Shown here piece by piece: positions 25,258-35,124 of a DNA stretch of 64,000 nt. The notes beneath the pieces were generated by a model. That model did not search any database. It saw only the letters and a list, made by a program, of their open reading frames with translations, and was not told the origin of the DNA. Numbering within the stretch: the stretch's first letter is position 1; every line of letters starts with the position of its first letter. The DNA comes from an uncultured Gammaproteobacteria bacterium (GTDB lineage: Bacteria; Patescibacteriota; Microgenomatia; UBA8517), in the NCBI GenBank assembly GCA_964431555.1, contig CAYSJW010000031.1, forward strand, positions 336 through 64,335. Reading direction: 5' to 3'. The position numbers were made by a program, and so were the translations under genes.

Positions 25258-26208
25258 TTAATAAGATATAACCGAACTTAACTTTTTTTCTGCTTCAACA
25301 GGTCCTAAGGGAACTTCATTTTCAGGATCATCTACAAAAAAAAGCAAAACTCTACCCTTTTTATAGTCATCTCCACCCAGAGAAATCATAACTTCAGGAC
25401 TTGCTCCAAACTGTTTTCCAGTCCACGCAGCTGGACCCGAATCCGCAATTGCCGCTACAACCGCTCTACCGTTATCTACATTAACGATAATAACTTTTCT
25501 ATACTTATACCAGTTTTTAAGATATGGCTGTCTTTTACTCCAATCAGGAAGATACAGAGTTTGAACGACTGCATACCATCTTTCAACATTTTCCAGATAC
25601 TCATCCATTTCATCTTTAGAAGGAGCAAAATAACCCCAGGCCGAAAGACCTGGAGCTAAACCTTCTCTAAGAACCTTTCCCTCCCCGTGATATGAAAGTT
25701 TATCTTTAGGATAACGTCTCAAATGCTGTTCTATTCCTATAAAACCATAGGTGGTATTAAGATGTTCCCCTTCCAAAGAAGCCTTGGCTGAAATATTGTA
25801 AAAATTTTTGAAAATTTGTTCCAAAAACTTTTCTTCGCTCCTTAACAAAGGTCTTGGTTTTTCTGGTAAAACCGATTTTAAAATATTAACCAATATGCCC
25901 TTTTCATCAGAAAGTGTCAAGCTTTTGTCATCTTTTAATTTTAAAATTATTTCATGGGGTGAGGATAAAAACTTAACTTCGTCCCCAGGAGGTAACAAAA
26001 AAAGACTTCCCGTAATCAACCCTGTACCCAAAAGTTTCGCTGAGTGTTCCCTTATCTTTGAAATGTCAAGATTTTTTTCAAGAAAATAATTATTTACATG
26101 AGGATACTTATCTAAAATAGTACTTCTCAATTCTAAACTCTTTAATTTGAGCTTACGTCTTAAATTTTCTGAATCCAAAGTTTTAACTTTTATTTTATGA
26201 GCAGGCAT
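25258..26208 (-). CDS. Membrane-anchored protein with a C-terminal RlpA-like double-psi beta-barrel (DPBB) domain.
   Basis: An N-terminal TM helix LLGTGLITGSLFLL. The C-terminal VIIVNVDNGRAVVAAIADSGPAAWTGKQFGASPEVMISLG matches the RlpA DPBB core (VxVxNxxNGksVvVRINDRGPf...DLSxaAaxxLG). Confidence 0.5.
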   Translation of the reverse strand: MPAHKIKVKTLDSENLRRKLKLKSLELRSTILDKYPHVNNYFLEKNLDISKIREHSAKLLGTGLITGSLFLLPPGDEVKFLSSPHEIILKLKDDKSLTLSDEKGILVNILKSVLPEKPRPLLRSEEKFLEQIFKNFYNISAKASLEGEHLNTTYGFIGIEQHLRRYPKDKLSYHGEGKVLREGLAPGLSAWGYFAPSKDEMDEYLENVERWYAVVQTLYLPDWSKRQPYLKNWYKYRKVIIVNVDNGRAVVAAIADSGPAAWTGKQFGASPEVMISLGGDDYKKGRVLLFFVDDPENEVPLGPVEAEKKLSSVISY

Positions 26209-26241
26209 AATTTCTGTATTTTACAAAAAATCACCCTCTGT

Positions 26242-27597
26242 CTATAAATTTAAGATTCTTTTTATGCGCAAAAGAGAATTTTTCTTACCTATAAATTTCA
26301 TCGATTCATTTATCGGTGGAGTAACATCGCTTGAAAAAATCGCAATACGCAAGCTCATAAAAAAATCTCCCGTTTTAAATCCACTATCAGACACCAACTT
26401 CAAAAGTATATCATCTAGTTTAGATTTCCATTCCTTATCATTCAGTTTTTCTAGTACCTCGAGTGCCTTTCTCAGATGTACCTTATTTACCTTTATAAGA
26501 AGGTTATCATCTGGAGATTTTGGATTCTCGAATAATGGAAGGGCAATATTTCTGAAATCGGAAAGTTTTTTAATTCTAGTTTTTACTAAAGGTGCCGTAA
26601 TTTCCAAATCCTTTATTGAGGTACAAAAGGGAGCGTACTTTTTGACTTTTTCTGCAAATTCTTTATCAGACAATTTACTAATATAAACACCATTCATCCA
26701 GAGAAGTTTGTCCTTCAAAAACTTAGGATTGGCTTCCTGAAAACCATTAATATCAAAGTTCTCAACAAATTCTTCCAATGTAAAAAATTCCCTATTGTCT
26801 TTAGGTGCCCATCCTAAAAGCATAACAAAATTTAAAAGAGCTTCTGGTAAATATCCTTCCTCTAAAAATTGCTCAACAAAAACAGAATCCTTCCTTTTAG
26901 AAAGTTTCTTACCCGTTTCTGCAGACAGAATATCAGTAAGATGGCCTATTTCAGGTCTTTCTCCTTGAAGATATTCAAAAACTAAAAGATGAATAGGTGT
27001 TGAAGGAAGCCAATCATGACCCCTTAAAATATGAGTAATCCCCATATCCAAATCGTCAACACAAACAGCGAGGTGATATGTAGGGAATCCATCTGATTTC
27101 AAAAGAGTGGCATCGTAAACATCTTTTGTATTCCAGGAAATTTCCTTTTTGTGAACAAAATCGTAGTAAGAAACAATTTTATTATCAGGCACCATTAATT
27201 TGATTGCACCCGATGAAAAATTCTTTGATCTACAAGGATCACGAAGAATTCTTGTAAAACCTTCTTCTTTCGCATTTCTCGCAGGACAATTACAAAAAAA
27301 AGCTTTACCCTTTTTAACCAACTCCTCCGCCTTTTTTTGATAAATTCCCTCCTCTTTTCTTTTAGATTGGATATATAAAGGGCCATCCCAAAATAGCTTG
27401 AATTTTTTAAGGATCTCCTGCAAAGCAATGTCTGCTCCTTCAACTTTTCTCTTTTGATCAGTATCTTCTATCCTTAAGTAAAAATCCCCACCAAAATGCT
27501 TTGCCAAAGCATAGGAATAAAGTGCTGTCCTTAAACTTCCAATATGCAAAAATCCTGTAGGACTCGGGGCAAAACGCGTTCTAACCTTCTTTTTCAT
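26242..27597 (-). CDS. gltX: Glutamate--tRNA ligase.
   Basis: RFAPSPTGFLHIGSLRTALYSYALA (HIGH region), KLSKRK (KMSKS) and overall GluRS architecture. Confidence 0.95.
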   Translation of the reverse strand: MKKKVRTRFAPSPTGFLHIGSLRTALYSYALAKHFGGDFYLRIEDTDQKRKVEGADIALQEILKKFKLFWDGPLYIQSKRKEEGIYQKKAEELVKKGKAFFCNCPARNAKEEGFTRILRDPCRSKNFSSGAIKLMVPDNKIVSYYDFVHKKEISWNTKDVYDATLLKSDGFPTYHLAVCVDDLDMGITHILRGHDWLPSTPIHLLVFEYLQGERPEIGHLTDILSAETGKKLSKRKDSVFVEQFLEEGYLPEALLNFVMLLGWAPKDNREFFTLEEFVENFDINGFQEANPKFLKDKLLWMNGVYISKLSDKEFAEKVKKYAPFCTSIKDLEITAPLVKTRIKKLSDFRNIALPLFENPKSPDDNLLIKVNKVHLRKALEVLEKLNDKEWKSKLDDILLKLVSDSGFKTGDFFMSLRIAIFSSDVTPPINESMKFIGKKNSLLRIKRILNL

Positions 27598-27858
27598 CCT
27601 AAATGAATTCTACAATTAAAAACTACAATTATCTACACCTTTACTTTGATTAAATTTAGAACCAACACTTGAATTGGCCAGAATTAGCCTAACTTTCGCA
27701 AAAGAAACCAGACCCAAAAAAAGTAAAGATATTAAAATTATCCACAATTTCCTTCCTATCTTCAAATCTCAAATATTTCTACAATCTCTTATAAAGGATT
27801 TCTAGATCACCTTATAATAATTTACAATTTTAATATTTCTTAACACCTAGAAATTTTA

Positions 27859-27864
27859 TATAAT
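27859..27864 (+). promoter_or_regulatory. A TATAAT -10 box, 7 nt upstream of the ATG (leaderless-type promoter).
   Basis: aaattttaTATAATctttaccATG. There is no SD. Confidence 0.3.
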
Positions 27865-27871
27865 CTTTACC

Positions 27872-28738
27872 ATGTCAAAGATAGCTCTAGTCAAAAGTTT
27901 AGATTCATATAATGGAGTAACAAAATCCCTAAAGATGATTAGTCAGGAAGTTAAATCCCGTCTTAAAAAAATTAACAAGATAATTATAAAAATAAATTTT
28001 GTTACTACAAAAAACGAACTAGCAACTACCCCATTTCCATCTGTGAAAGCATTTATTGACTTTATAAAACCTTTCTACAAAGGCAGGATAATTATCGCAG
28101 AAGAAGCTACATTAGGAGATACAACTAAAGGATTTAATACCTTCGGATTCTCTAATTTAACCAAAGAAAAAGGAATAAAAACCTTTGATTCTGGAAAGGA
28201 TAAATCTGTAAAAATATCTCTACAAAGAAAAACGATAAATCTTGCAAAAATCTATACAAAACCTTCATTTGTTGTATCTATTTGCAGACCAAAAACTCAC
28301 GACACCGTTGTGGTAACTTTATCAATAAAAAATTTATTAATCGGCGCCATTAAACACGGACTTTTCAAAAAGAGGTTCCAACTTCCACACGACAAAAGAC
28401 TTAATTATATTATGGCAGACATCGCAGATTATACATTCCCCTCTCTTTCAATAATTGACGGAACTATTGGAATGGAAGGTAACGGCCCTGCTAACGGAAA
28501 TCCAATTAAATCAGGGTGGGTTGTAACTGGTTTTGATGCCTTGGCTTGTGATTCTTTAGCCTGCTATCTAATGGGCTTTGATATTGATGACGTTGGTTAT
28601 CTTAACTTAATGCGAGACAAAAAGTTAGGTAAATTATATCCCAAAGACGATATCAAAATCATAGGCGAAAACCCAGTCTCTCTTGTCAAAAAATTTAAAC
28701 CTCACCGAACTTTCCAAAAACAAAGACTTTGGAAATAA
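27872..28738 (+). CDS. DUF362-domain protein.
   Basis: CRPKTHDTVVVTLSIKNLLIGAIKH matches the DUF362 core (KTH...T...KNxxG). Confidence 0.5.
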   Translation: MSKIALVKSLDSYNGVTKSLKMISQEVKSRLKKINKIIIKINFVTTKNELATTPFPSVKAFIDFIKPFYKGRIIIAEEATLGDTTKGFNTFGFSNLTKEKGIKTFDSGKDKSVKISLQRKTINLAKIYTKPSFVVSICRPKTHDTVVVTLSIKNLLIGAIKHGLFKKRFQLPHDKRLNYIMADIADYTFPSLSIIDGTIGMEGNGPANGNPIKSGWVVTGFDALACDSLACYLMGFDIDDVGYLNLMRDKKLGKLYPKDDIKIIGENPVSLVKKFKPHRTFQKQRLWK

Positions 28739-28918
28739 ACCAGAACATACTGTCATAACATTATTCCTGATAGTATAAATATTTATAATAACCGAGCGCT
28801 TAAAACAAAGGTCTTATTCTAATAGATGATTCAAAAGAGAATCTAGACGAAATCGGAAATTGAAGTTAGAAAACTATAACGCTATACTCAAAGATAAGAT
28901 CTATTCTAACTATTTAAA

Positions 28919-29977
28919 ATGGCATCTCTTACCGAAATTTCAATAATCTCACGCAAAATTATCCGCTACTCCATATATACAGTAATCCTGATTATCATTG
29001 CTAGGTTTTCAATAAACATAGGAGGAAAAATTTACAAAATTCTATTTCCCCCAAAACCAGAACCTCCCACTGTTTCCTTTGGCAAGCTTTCGGCCATGCC
29101 CTTTCCAGAAAGACCAAAGTATGATTTCAAATACAAATTAGAACTACCGGAAGGCAAGCTCCCCATATTTCCTGACAGAGCAGAGGTTTACAAAATGCCT
29201 AAACCTCAATCAAATATCAAGGTATTAGACAATGCTAAAACTAAAGCTCAAAGTTTGGGCTTTGATCCGAATGGAAGACTTCTGGATGAAAAAATACCGA
29301 ATGTTTACATCTTCTCCAAAAAAGGACTTCCTTCCAGTTTAACCATGAATATAATAACCGGATTATTCTCAATCAGCTATAACCTGGAGGATGATCCTTT
29401 GGTTTTAAGAGATATTCCACCTTCCGCAGAAGCGGCCATTGCTCAAGCACTCAACTTTTTAAATGCTGGAGGACTTTTGAATGATGACCTAAGAAACGGA
29501 AAACCAACCCACCTATATCTCAAGGTCGAAGGTGGCAAATTTATTCCTGCTGTCTCATTATCGGATGCACAAATAACAAAAGTTAATATTTTCAGAAAAG
29601 CCTATGGTAAGGATGGCAATCTGGTTGCTGTGACTCCAAAAATGCCCCAGGCAAATATTTGGTTTATTATTTCCGGCGGGCGTGGAAAGCAAATCATAGC
29701 CGGAGAATACCATTACTATCCAGTCGACAAAAATAATCCCGCCACCTATCCGATAATAACTTCAGATCAAGCCTGGGAAGAATTAACTAAAAACAATGCA
29801 TTTATAGCCAATCCCGGAGAAAATCCAGACGGAAATATTACCATAAGAAAAGTTTACTTGGGTTACTACGATCCCGGGCAGTACTCAGAATATTACCAAC
29901 CTGTTGTAGTTTTTGAGGGAGACAATGACTTTTATGCTTACGTGCCAGCTGTCACCAGTGAATATTATCCAAAATAA
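28919..29977 (+). CDS. Membrane-anchored extracytoplasmic protein, hypothetical.
   Basis: An N-terminal TM helix IYTVILIIIARFSI. The rest is Pro/Tyr-rich with no motif I recognise. Confidence 0.35.
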   Translation: MASLTEISIISRKIIRYSIYTVILIIIARFSINIGGKIYKILFPPKPEPPTVSFGKLSAMPFPERPKYDFKYKLELPEGKLPIFPDRAEVYKMPKPQSNIKVLDNAKTKAQSLGFDPNGRLLDEKIPNVYIFSKKGLPSSLTMNIITGLFSISYNLEDDPLVLRDIPPSAEAAIAQALNFLNAGGLLNDDLRNGKPTHLYLKVEGGKFIPAVSLSDAQITKVNIFRKAYGKDGNLVAVTPKMPQANIWFIISGGRGKQIIAGEYHYYPVDKNNPATYPIITSDQAWEELTKNNAFIANPGENPDGNITIRKVYLGYYDPGQYSEYYQPVVVFEGDNDFYAYVPAVTSEYYPK

Positions 29978-29989
29978 TTCATTAAGTTT

Positions 29990-30943
29990 CTAATCTTCAT
30001 CCCACGAATAATTTTTAAAAACCCAATCGATTATCTTTTTGGTATCACCAAATCTGTCTTGGCTATTTAAAACCACGACAATAATCTTTCTTCCATTCCT
30101 ATCCAAAAAGGTGACCAAATTTTCTTTTGCATTTTCCGTCCAACCGGTTTTTACCCCAAGAACACCTTCCACCTCACCAATAAGCTTATTAATATTTTTT
30201 AACCTATGAGCAATTTCCGCATTATAACTTCCCACAATAATTTCTTTTGTCCCAACAACATCCCTAAAAAAATTATTCTTCATAGCATAATCGGTAATCT
30301 TTGTTAAATCAAAAGCGGTAGTATACTGCATTTCCCCATCAAAACCAGAAGGGTTCTCAAAAAAAGTATTCTCCAAACCCATTTCCTCAACCTTCAAATT
30401 CATAGCCTTAACAAAAGATTGCTTCCCTCCAGGATAACTACTAGCTAAAACTTCCGCTGCATCATTTGCACTATAAACCAAAAGACCGTATATCAGATTT
30501 CTAACAGAAATTTGCTCGCCGGGAATTAAGTTCATCTTCTGGCCTTCCACATTTAATTCCGGAACAGTCAGAATACTATCCAAAGAATAATAATCCAAAG
30601 CAACTAAAGCGGTAACTATTTTTGTCGTCGAGGCGGGGAGAAGTCTAATTGAGGAGTTCTTTTCATACAAAACAAATCTAGATTCTACATCCGTAACCAA
30701 AACACTGAAAGCAGATATTTCCGGAAAGGGATCTTCTCCTTTTAATTTGGGAATTGGAACAGATTTATTATAAGACTTAACCATTACGGTTTTTTCCCGA
30801 TATTTGGCAGATTTATGTTTTCCTAAAGCAAAAACACTAATCATTAATGTCGCCTGAGCAATCAGAATAAAGGAGAAAATGCAGAGATAAAAAAAGTGTT
30901 TCCGCATTAAAAAATTATCATAAAATCTATTCCTCTTTTTCAT
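29990..30943 (-). CDS. D-alanyl-D-alanine carboxypeptidase (PBP5/DacA-like, peptidase S11).
   Basis: SxxK ASTTKIVTALVAL, SxN YSANDAA and KTG GVKTGWT. I used the start at MKKRNRF; the ORF-track start at 31015 overlaps aspS by 89 nt. Confidence 0.8.
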   Translation of the reverse strand: MKKRNRFYDNFLMRKHFFYLCIFSFILIAQATLMISVFALGKHKSAKYREKTVMVKSYNKSVPIPKLKGEDPFPEISAFSVLVTDVESRFVLYEKNSSIRLLPASTTKIVTALVALDYYSLDSILTVPELNVEGQKMNLIPGEQISVRNLIYGLLVYSANDAAEVLASSYPGGKQSFVKAMNLKVEEMGLENTFFENPSGFDGEMQYTTAFDLTKITDYAMKNNFFRDVVGTKEIIVGSYNAEIAHRLKNINKLIGEVEGVLGVKTGWTENAKENLVTFLDRNGRKIIVVVLNSQDRFGDTKKIIDWVFKNYSWDED

Positions 30944-32276
30944 TTTTTCGGGATAAAAGAAAATCAACACGTTCCATATCTCTTGGAAAAAGAGAAGCTT
31001 CCCTGACATTACCAAGCCCGAGAATTTGCATGGTCATTCTTTCCAAACCAAAAGAAAATCCTCCTTCTGGGGGCATCCCGTATTTAAATGCTTGAAGATA
31101 CATTTCAAAGTCCTCGGGATCCATACCTTTTTCTTTTATCGTCTTAACAAGCTGATCATAGTTATTAATTCTTTGACTTCCGCTTAAAATTTCTAAACCC
31201 TTATAGATCAAATCGTAGCTTAATGAATATTCAGGATTATTTGGATCCGGCATTGTATAAAAAGCTCGCTTTTTCGTAGGATAATGGGTCACAGTAACTA
31301 AATCCGAACCAAATTCCTCCAAAGCCCATTTACTTAACTCCCTTTCATCAAACGGGTCCAAGTCCAATTCATTTGTATGGTCAATACCAGTTCTTTCTTT
31401 TATTAATTTTTGTGCATCTCTCATCTTTATACGAGGTATTTTCATACCAACTTTAGGTTCTTCAACATGGAACTCTTTTAAAATATCTTTATTCCTTTCA
31501 GCTACATACTTTAAAATCTCGCCTCCAATATACTCTAACGCATCTAAAAGATCATTAAAGTTCACAAATCCAAATTCACAATCCATTTGTATTGATTCTG
31601 AAAGATGTCTGGTTGTAACCGAGGGTTCAGATCTATAAGCATGAGAGACAAGGTACACCCTTTCGAAAACAGGAACTAAAATTTGCTTATAAAGTTGAGG
31701 ACTCTGTATAAGATAAGCTTGATTATCATAATATTTAATCTTGAAAACTTCAGCTCCTCCTTCGGTAGCAGAAGCTGATATTGTTGGAACAAAAACTTCT
31801 GTACATCCCAATTCTTGTGACGCTCTTCTAAATCCCTCCATAATCGCTTCCTGCACTTTAAAAATCTTCGCAACCTTTGGATGTCTTAATGTGAGAGCCC
31901 TGTAATCCAAAAGTGTAGGAAGCTGAAGTCCCAAATCTGGTTTGGCCATATCAAAAGGAAGTACATCTGCTTTTGCTAACAAATTCACTTTATCAGCCTC
32001 GATTTCAATAGTTCCCGTTTCTATATCTTTGTTGACCAAATTATCTGGGCGCTTTTTAACCAAACCCTCTATTTCAACTACAGATTCCTGCGTAAGGTCA
32101 GAAAATAAACCCTCATATCCTACTATTTGAATTAATCCACTTCTATCACGTAAGTCAATAAAAGAAACTTTTCCATGATCTCTCTTAGTACAAATCCAAC
32201 CACCAATTTTAACTTTTTGGTCAATTTTATTTAAAGTTTCCCTGATTAAGATTCTTTTCATATTCGCCAAAACCAA
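30927..32276 (-). CDS. aspS: Aspartate--tRNA ligase, archaeal/class IIb type, possibly non-discriminating.
   Basis: An N-terminal OB fold GGWICTKRDHGKVSFIDLRDRSGLIQIV, motif 2 and motif 3 YGMPPEGGFSFGLERMTM. The length of 449 aa fits the archaeal-type AspRS. Confidence 0.75.
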   Translation of the reverse strand: MVLANMKRILIRETLNKIDQKVKIGGWICTKRDHGKVSFIDLRDRSGLIQIVGYEGLFSDLTQESVVEIEGLVKKRPDNLVNKDIETGTIEIEADKVNLLAKADVLPFDMAKPDLGLQLPTLLDYRALTLRHPKVAKIFKVQEAIMEGFRRASQELGCTEVFVPTISASATEGGAEVFKIKYYDNQAYLIQSPQLYKQILVPVFERVYLVSHAYRSEPSVTTRHLSESIQMDCEFGFVNFNDLLDALEYIGGEILKYVAERNKDILKEFHVEEPKVGMKIPRIKMRDAQKLIKERTGIDHTNELDLDPFDERELSKWALEEFGSDLVTVTHYPTKKRAFYTMPDPNNPEYSLSYDLIYKGLEILSGSQRINNYDQLVKTIKEKGMDPEDFEMYLQAFKYGMPPEGGFSFGLERMTMQILGLGNVREASLFPRDMERVDFLLSRKNEKEE

Positions 32277-32319
32277 CTAATCATAACTCAGTCACTTTTT
32301 TAATCTCTTTATTTTAACA

Positions 32320-32574
32320 TTAAGAGATTAGCCTTAAATAAAACTTCCTAAGAATATTCAAACAAAGCATAAATTCCTCTTCCCTAAGCTTCCAATATTT
32401 GGGATTATTGCTTGAATACTTCCTAACTAAAAAAACCAATTCAATTTCTCTTAAAAGCCCAGGATATAAAATCTTTAAATCTAAAAAAATTCTTTTGGCA
32501 TTGGCAATTTTTCCCTTTGCCAAAATCATATATCTAACACACCTAAAAATATGCTTAAGAACATCTTTTTGCAA
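32320..32574 (-). CDS. Small basic protein, hypothetical, third gene of the kinase/NTase operon.
   Basis: 84 aa, starting 4 nt after the NTase stop. No motif was recognised; a HEPN assignment was considered but is not supported. Confidence 0.3.
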   Translation of the reverse strand: MQKDVLKHIFRCVRYMILAKGKIANAKRIFLDLKILYPGLLREIELVFLVRKYSSNNPKYWKLREEEFMLCLNILRKFYLRLIS

Positions 32575-32577
32575 CCT

Positions 32578-33048
32578 TTAATCTATCTTTATACCCTTAA
32601 TTGCAAACTTCCTATATTCCGTCAAAATTTTCTCTAACTTGACCACAACACTTTGATAAACCAAATCCTTATCTATCTTAATATCGCTAAAGGGGTTTTT
32701 TCCATACAAAACAATAGATCTTTGAAGTTCCCAGATTAAAAAATGTCCATTACCTTTATGACTTGCAAAAGATTCGTCCTTAAATTTTAACTCATCCAAC
32801 CACTTGACACTCAAAGATAACCCTAAAGGCCTATACTTGGCATAAACATTTTTTAAGTAAATAAAATCTCCTAAAGAATAATTTTTTAAAACAATCCAAA
32901 GATCCACGTCGCTTTCAGGGTTTTCAAAACCTGCCGAATAACTACCAAAAAGCAAAATACACTCTACGCGCTTTTTCGTAAAAAACTTAAAAACATCATT
33001 GATAAATTCGTCAATAAAACCAATCTTTTCAAAAGTACTCTTTTTCAT
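32578..33048 (-). CDS. Minimal nucleotidyltransferase of the Pol-beta superfamily (MNT/KNTase-like).
   Basis: LLFGSYSAGFENPESDVDLWIV matches GSxaxGxxxxxSDxDL. Its start forms an ATGA overlap with the stop of the upstream kinase-like gene, confirmed on the sequence at 33045-33048. Confidence 0.7.
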   Translation of the reverse strand: MKKSTFEKIGFIDEFINDVFKFFTKKRVECILLFGSYSAGFENPESDVDLWIVLKNYSLGDFIYLKNVYAKYRPLGLSLSVKWLDELKFKDESFASHKGNGHFLIWELQRSIVLYGKNPFSDIKIDKDLVYQSVVVKLEKILTEYRKFAIKGIKID

Positions 33049-33605
33049 ATCTTTCCCAAAATATCCCAAAAAAGATCATCCAGTTTATTCTCTCCATCAA
33101 GAATCACTGAATTGGAAGGTAAGTATCTCGAATACAAATCATTCAAAATAGCTATTTCTTCTATGTTAAAAAGTGAGACTTTTCCTCTTAATAAATTCCT
33201 TTCTCGAGAAATTTCAGGTTTCAAAATCAAAAAAAACACTTGATCTATAGAGGGTAAAAACCTCTTAAGAATGATTAGTAAAAAATTATAATCATGGTTG
33301 CGGATAACTTTCTTTATCCTGTAAAACTCTATATAAACCAGACGATCCCAAAAACCTCTATCCAAAAAAAGATAGTCCAATTTTATATCCGAATTTACAA
33401 CTTTCAAAATTCTATTTCCAAGTGTAAAAACGGTCCAAAGCTGCTGGTCAAAAACGCAATCTTTCCTATCCTTAAAGCTACAACTTCGAAACCCTTCATT
33501 GATAATTTCAGAAACCATACCTTTTTCCTTTAGATAAAAATCCAGCTTCTTGATTAGAGCTGATTTACCTGATTTTGACGTTCCAGTAAACTCAATTATT
33601 TTCAT
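33045..33605 (-). CDS. P-loop kinase-like protein, resembling deoxynucleoside or nucleotide kinases.
   Basis: A Walker A motif at the N-terminus, FTGTSKSGKSAL, and a DRG/DR-type motif FLDRGFWDRLVYIEF as in the dNK/dCK family. 186 aa. Confidence 0.5.
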   Translation of the reverse strand: MKIIEFTGTSKSGKSALIKKLDFYLKEKGMVSEIINEGFRSCSFKDRKDCVFDQQLWTVFTLGNRILKVVNSDIKLDYLFLDRGFWDRLVYIEFYRIKKVIRNHDYNFLLIILKRFLPSIDQVFFLILKPEISRERNLLRGKVSLFNIEEIAILNDLYSRYLPSNSVILDGENKLDDLFWDILGKI

Positions 33606-33628
33606 AAATATTTCATTATTCTACATTC

Positions 33629-35119
33629 TTACGATTTTCTTCTCAAATATTGATTTATCTTCTGTCTAGCCAAACTTGTAACAACGAAATTTAACCAATC
33701 GGGATTGGGAGGTCTGGGATTTTTAGATTTAACAATCTCAACAACCTGTCCGCTTGTCAACTTAAAATCCAAGGGGACAATCTTTCCATCAACTTTAGCC
33801 GTTTTAATATACTCGGCAAGATTGGTATGCACCGCGTAAGCAAAATCAATTGGAGTTGCATCCTCTGGAAGATCAAAGACATCTCCCTTGGGAGAAAAGA
33901 CAAAAATTCTTTTGGAAAACGTATCCAATTTGACAGTTTGTAAATATTCCTTAGCATCTTTTACTCGATTTTGCCATTCCGCAAGTTGCTTAACCCAACT
34001 TAACTTATCAACAATGGTTACAACATGGTTACTTAGGTCTCCTGATATTTTTGATGCTCTCTTACTTTTTACTTCACTATAAGCCCAATGGGCTGCAATA
34101 CCAAATTCAGATTGTCTATGCATTTCCAAAGTTCTTATCTGTATTTCTAGAATTTTTCCTCCCGGCCCAAAAACTTTGGTGTGAATAGATTGATAACCAT
34201 TAGGTTTAGGTTGAGCTATAAAATCAGAAATTCCCAAATGAGGAACCGGTTTATAACATTTATGAACTACCCCAAGGCTAATATAACATTCAGGAATTGT
34301 AACAACGATTATTCTTAATGCTACAATATCATATATTTTCGAAAAATCCCACTTTACATTCGGTCTTTCCAGTTTCTTCCAAAGTGAAAAAAGGTGCTTT
34401 TTCCTACCGTCTATCCTCGCCTTAATCCCTTCTTCAGCTAAACTCCTTAAAAGATTTCTCTTAACCCTTTTTATATATTCTTCCGCTTTCCTATAATAAA
34501 TTTTAGATTCACTTTTTACCCTCTTAAATTCTTCAGGATAAATGTAGGGAAAAGCTAAATCATCCAATTCCGCTTTTATTTCTCCCATCCCAAGCCTTTC
34601 CGCTAGTGGTGCGTAAATCTCAATGGTTTCAGAGGAAATTCTTATCCTTTTCTCTTTCGGTAAAGCGTAAAGAGTACGCATGTTATGAAGTCTATCGGCT
34701 AGTTTAACAAGAACAACTCTTAGATCCTTTGCCATAGCAAAAAACATTTTCCTCAAGTTTTCAACAAATTCCTCCTCTTTGCTTCCGCGAAGTTTTATAT
34801 TAGAAACTTTAGTCACACCATCCACCAAAAAAGAAACATCCTCGCCAAACCTTTCCTCAATGTCCTTTAAGGTCGCTGCTCCGTCTTCAACACTATCATG
34901 TAAAAGCCCTGCCAAAATCGCGCTTAAATCAAGTTTCCATGAGGCTAAAATTTTGGCTGTCTCTAGCCCATGCATAACGTAAGGCTCCCCCGTTAATCTC
35001 CTCTGTCCAGAATGAGCCAGTTTCGCAAAATCCCAAGCTCTTTTCAATGAAGCCAAAACTTTTTCCTTATCTTCCCAAGACTCAAAAATTTTTAGAAAAT
35101 CTCTAAATTCTTTTTCCAT
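33629..35119 (-). CDS. rel: (p)ppGpp synthetase/hydrolase of the RelA/SpoT family. It has HD, synthetase and TGS domains and no ACT domain.
   Basis: HD motif LHDSVEDG, synthetase motifs YQSIHTKV and GIAAHWAY, and a C-terminal TGS domain. It is 496 aa. Confidence 0.9.
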   Translation of the reverse strand: MEKEFRDFLKIFESWEDKEKVLASLKRAWDFAKLAHSGQRRLTGEPYVMHGLETAKILASWKLDLSAILAGLLHDSVEDGAATLKDIEERFGEDVSFLVDGVTKVSNIKLRGSKEEEFVENLRKMFFAMAKDLRVVLVKLADRLHNMRTLYALPKEKRIRISSETIEIYAPLAERLGMGEIKAELDDLAFPYIYPEEFKRVKSESKIYYRKAEEYIKRVKRNLLRSLAEEGIKARIDGRKKHLFSLWKKLERPNVKWDFSKIYDIVALRIIVVTIPECYISLGVVHKCYKPVPHLGISDFIAQPKPNGYQSIHTKVFGPGGKILEIQIRTLEMHRQSEFGIAAHWAYSEVKSKRASKISGDLSNHVVTIVDKLSWVKQLAEWQNRVKDAKEYLQTVKLDTFSKRIFVFSPKGDVFDLPEDATPIDFAYAVHTNLAEYIKTAKVDGKIVPLDFKLTSGQVVEIVKSKNPRPPNPDWLNFVVTSLARQKINQYLRRKS

Positions 35120-35124
35120 AATAA

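Noticed and set aside
32320-32574. Considered calling the 84-aa protein a HEPN toxin partnered with the minimal NTase, as in an MNT-HEPN toxin-antitoxin pair.
   Set aside because: There is no Rx4-6H HEPN motif and the protein is shorter than typical HEPN domains. I left it as hypothetical.
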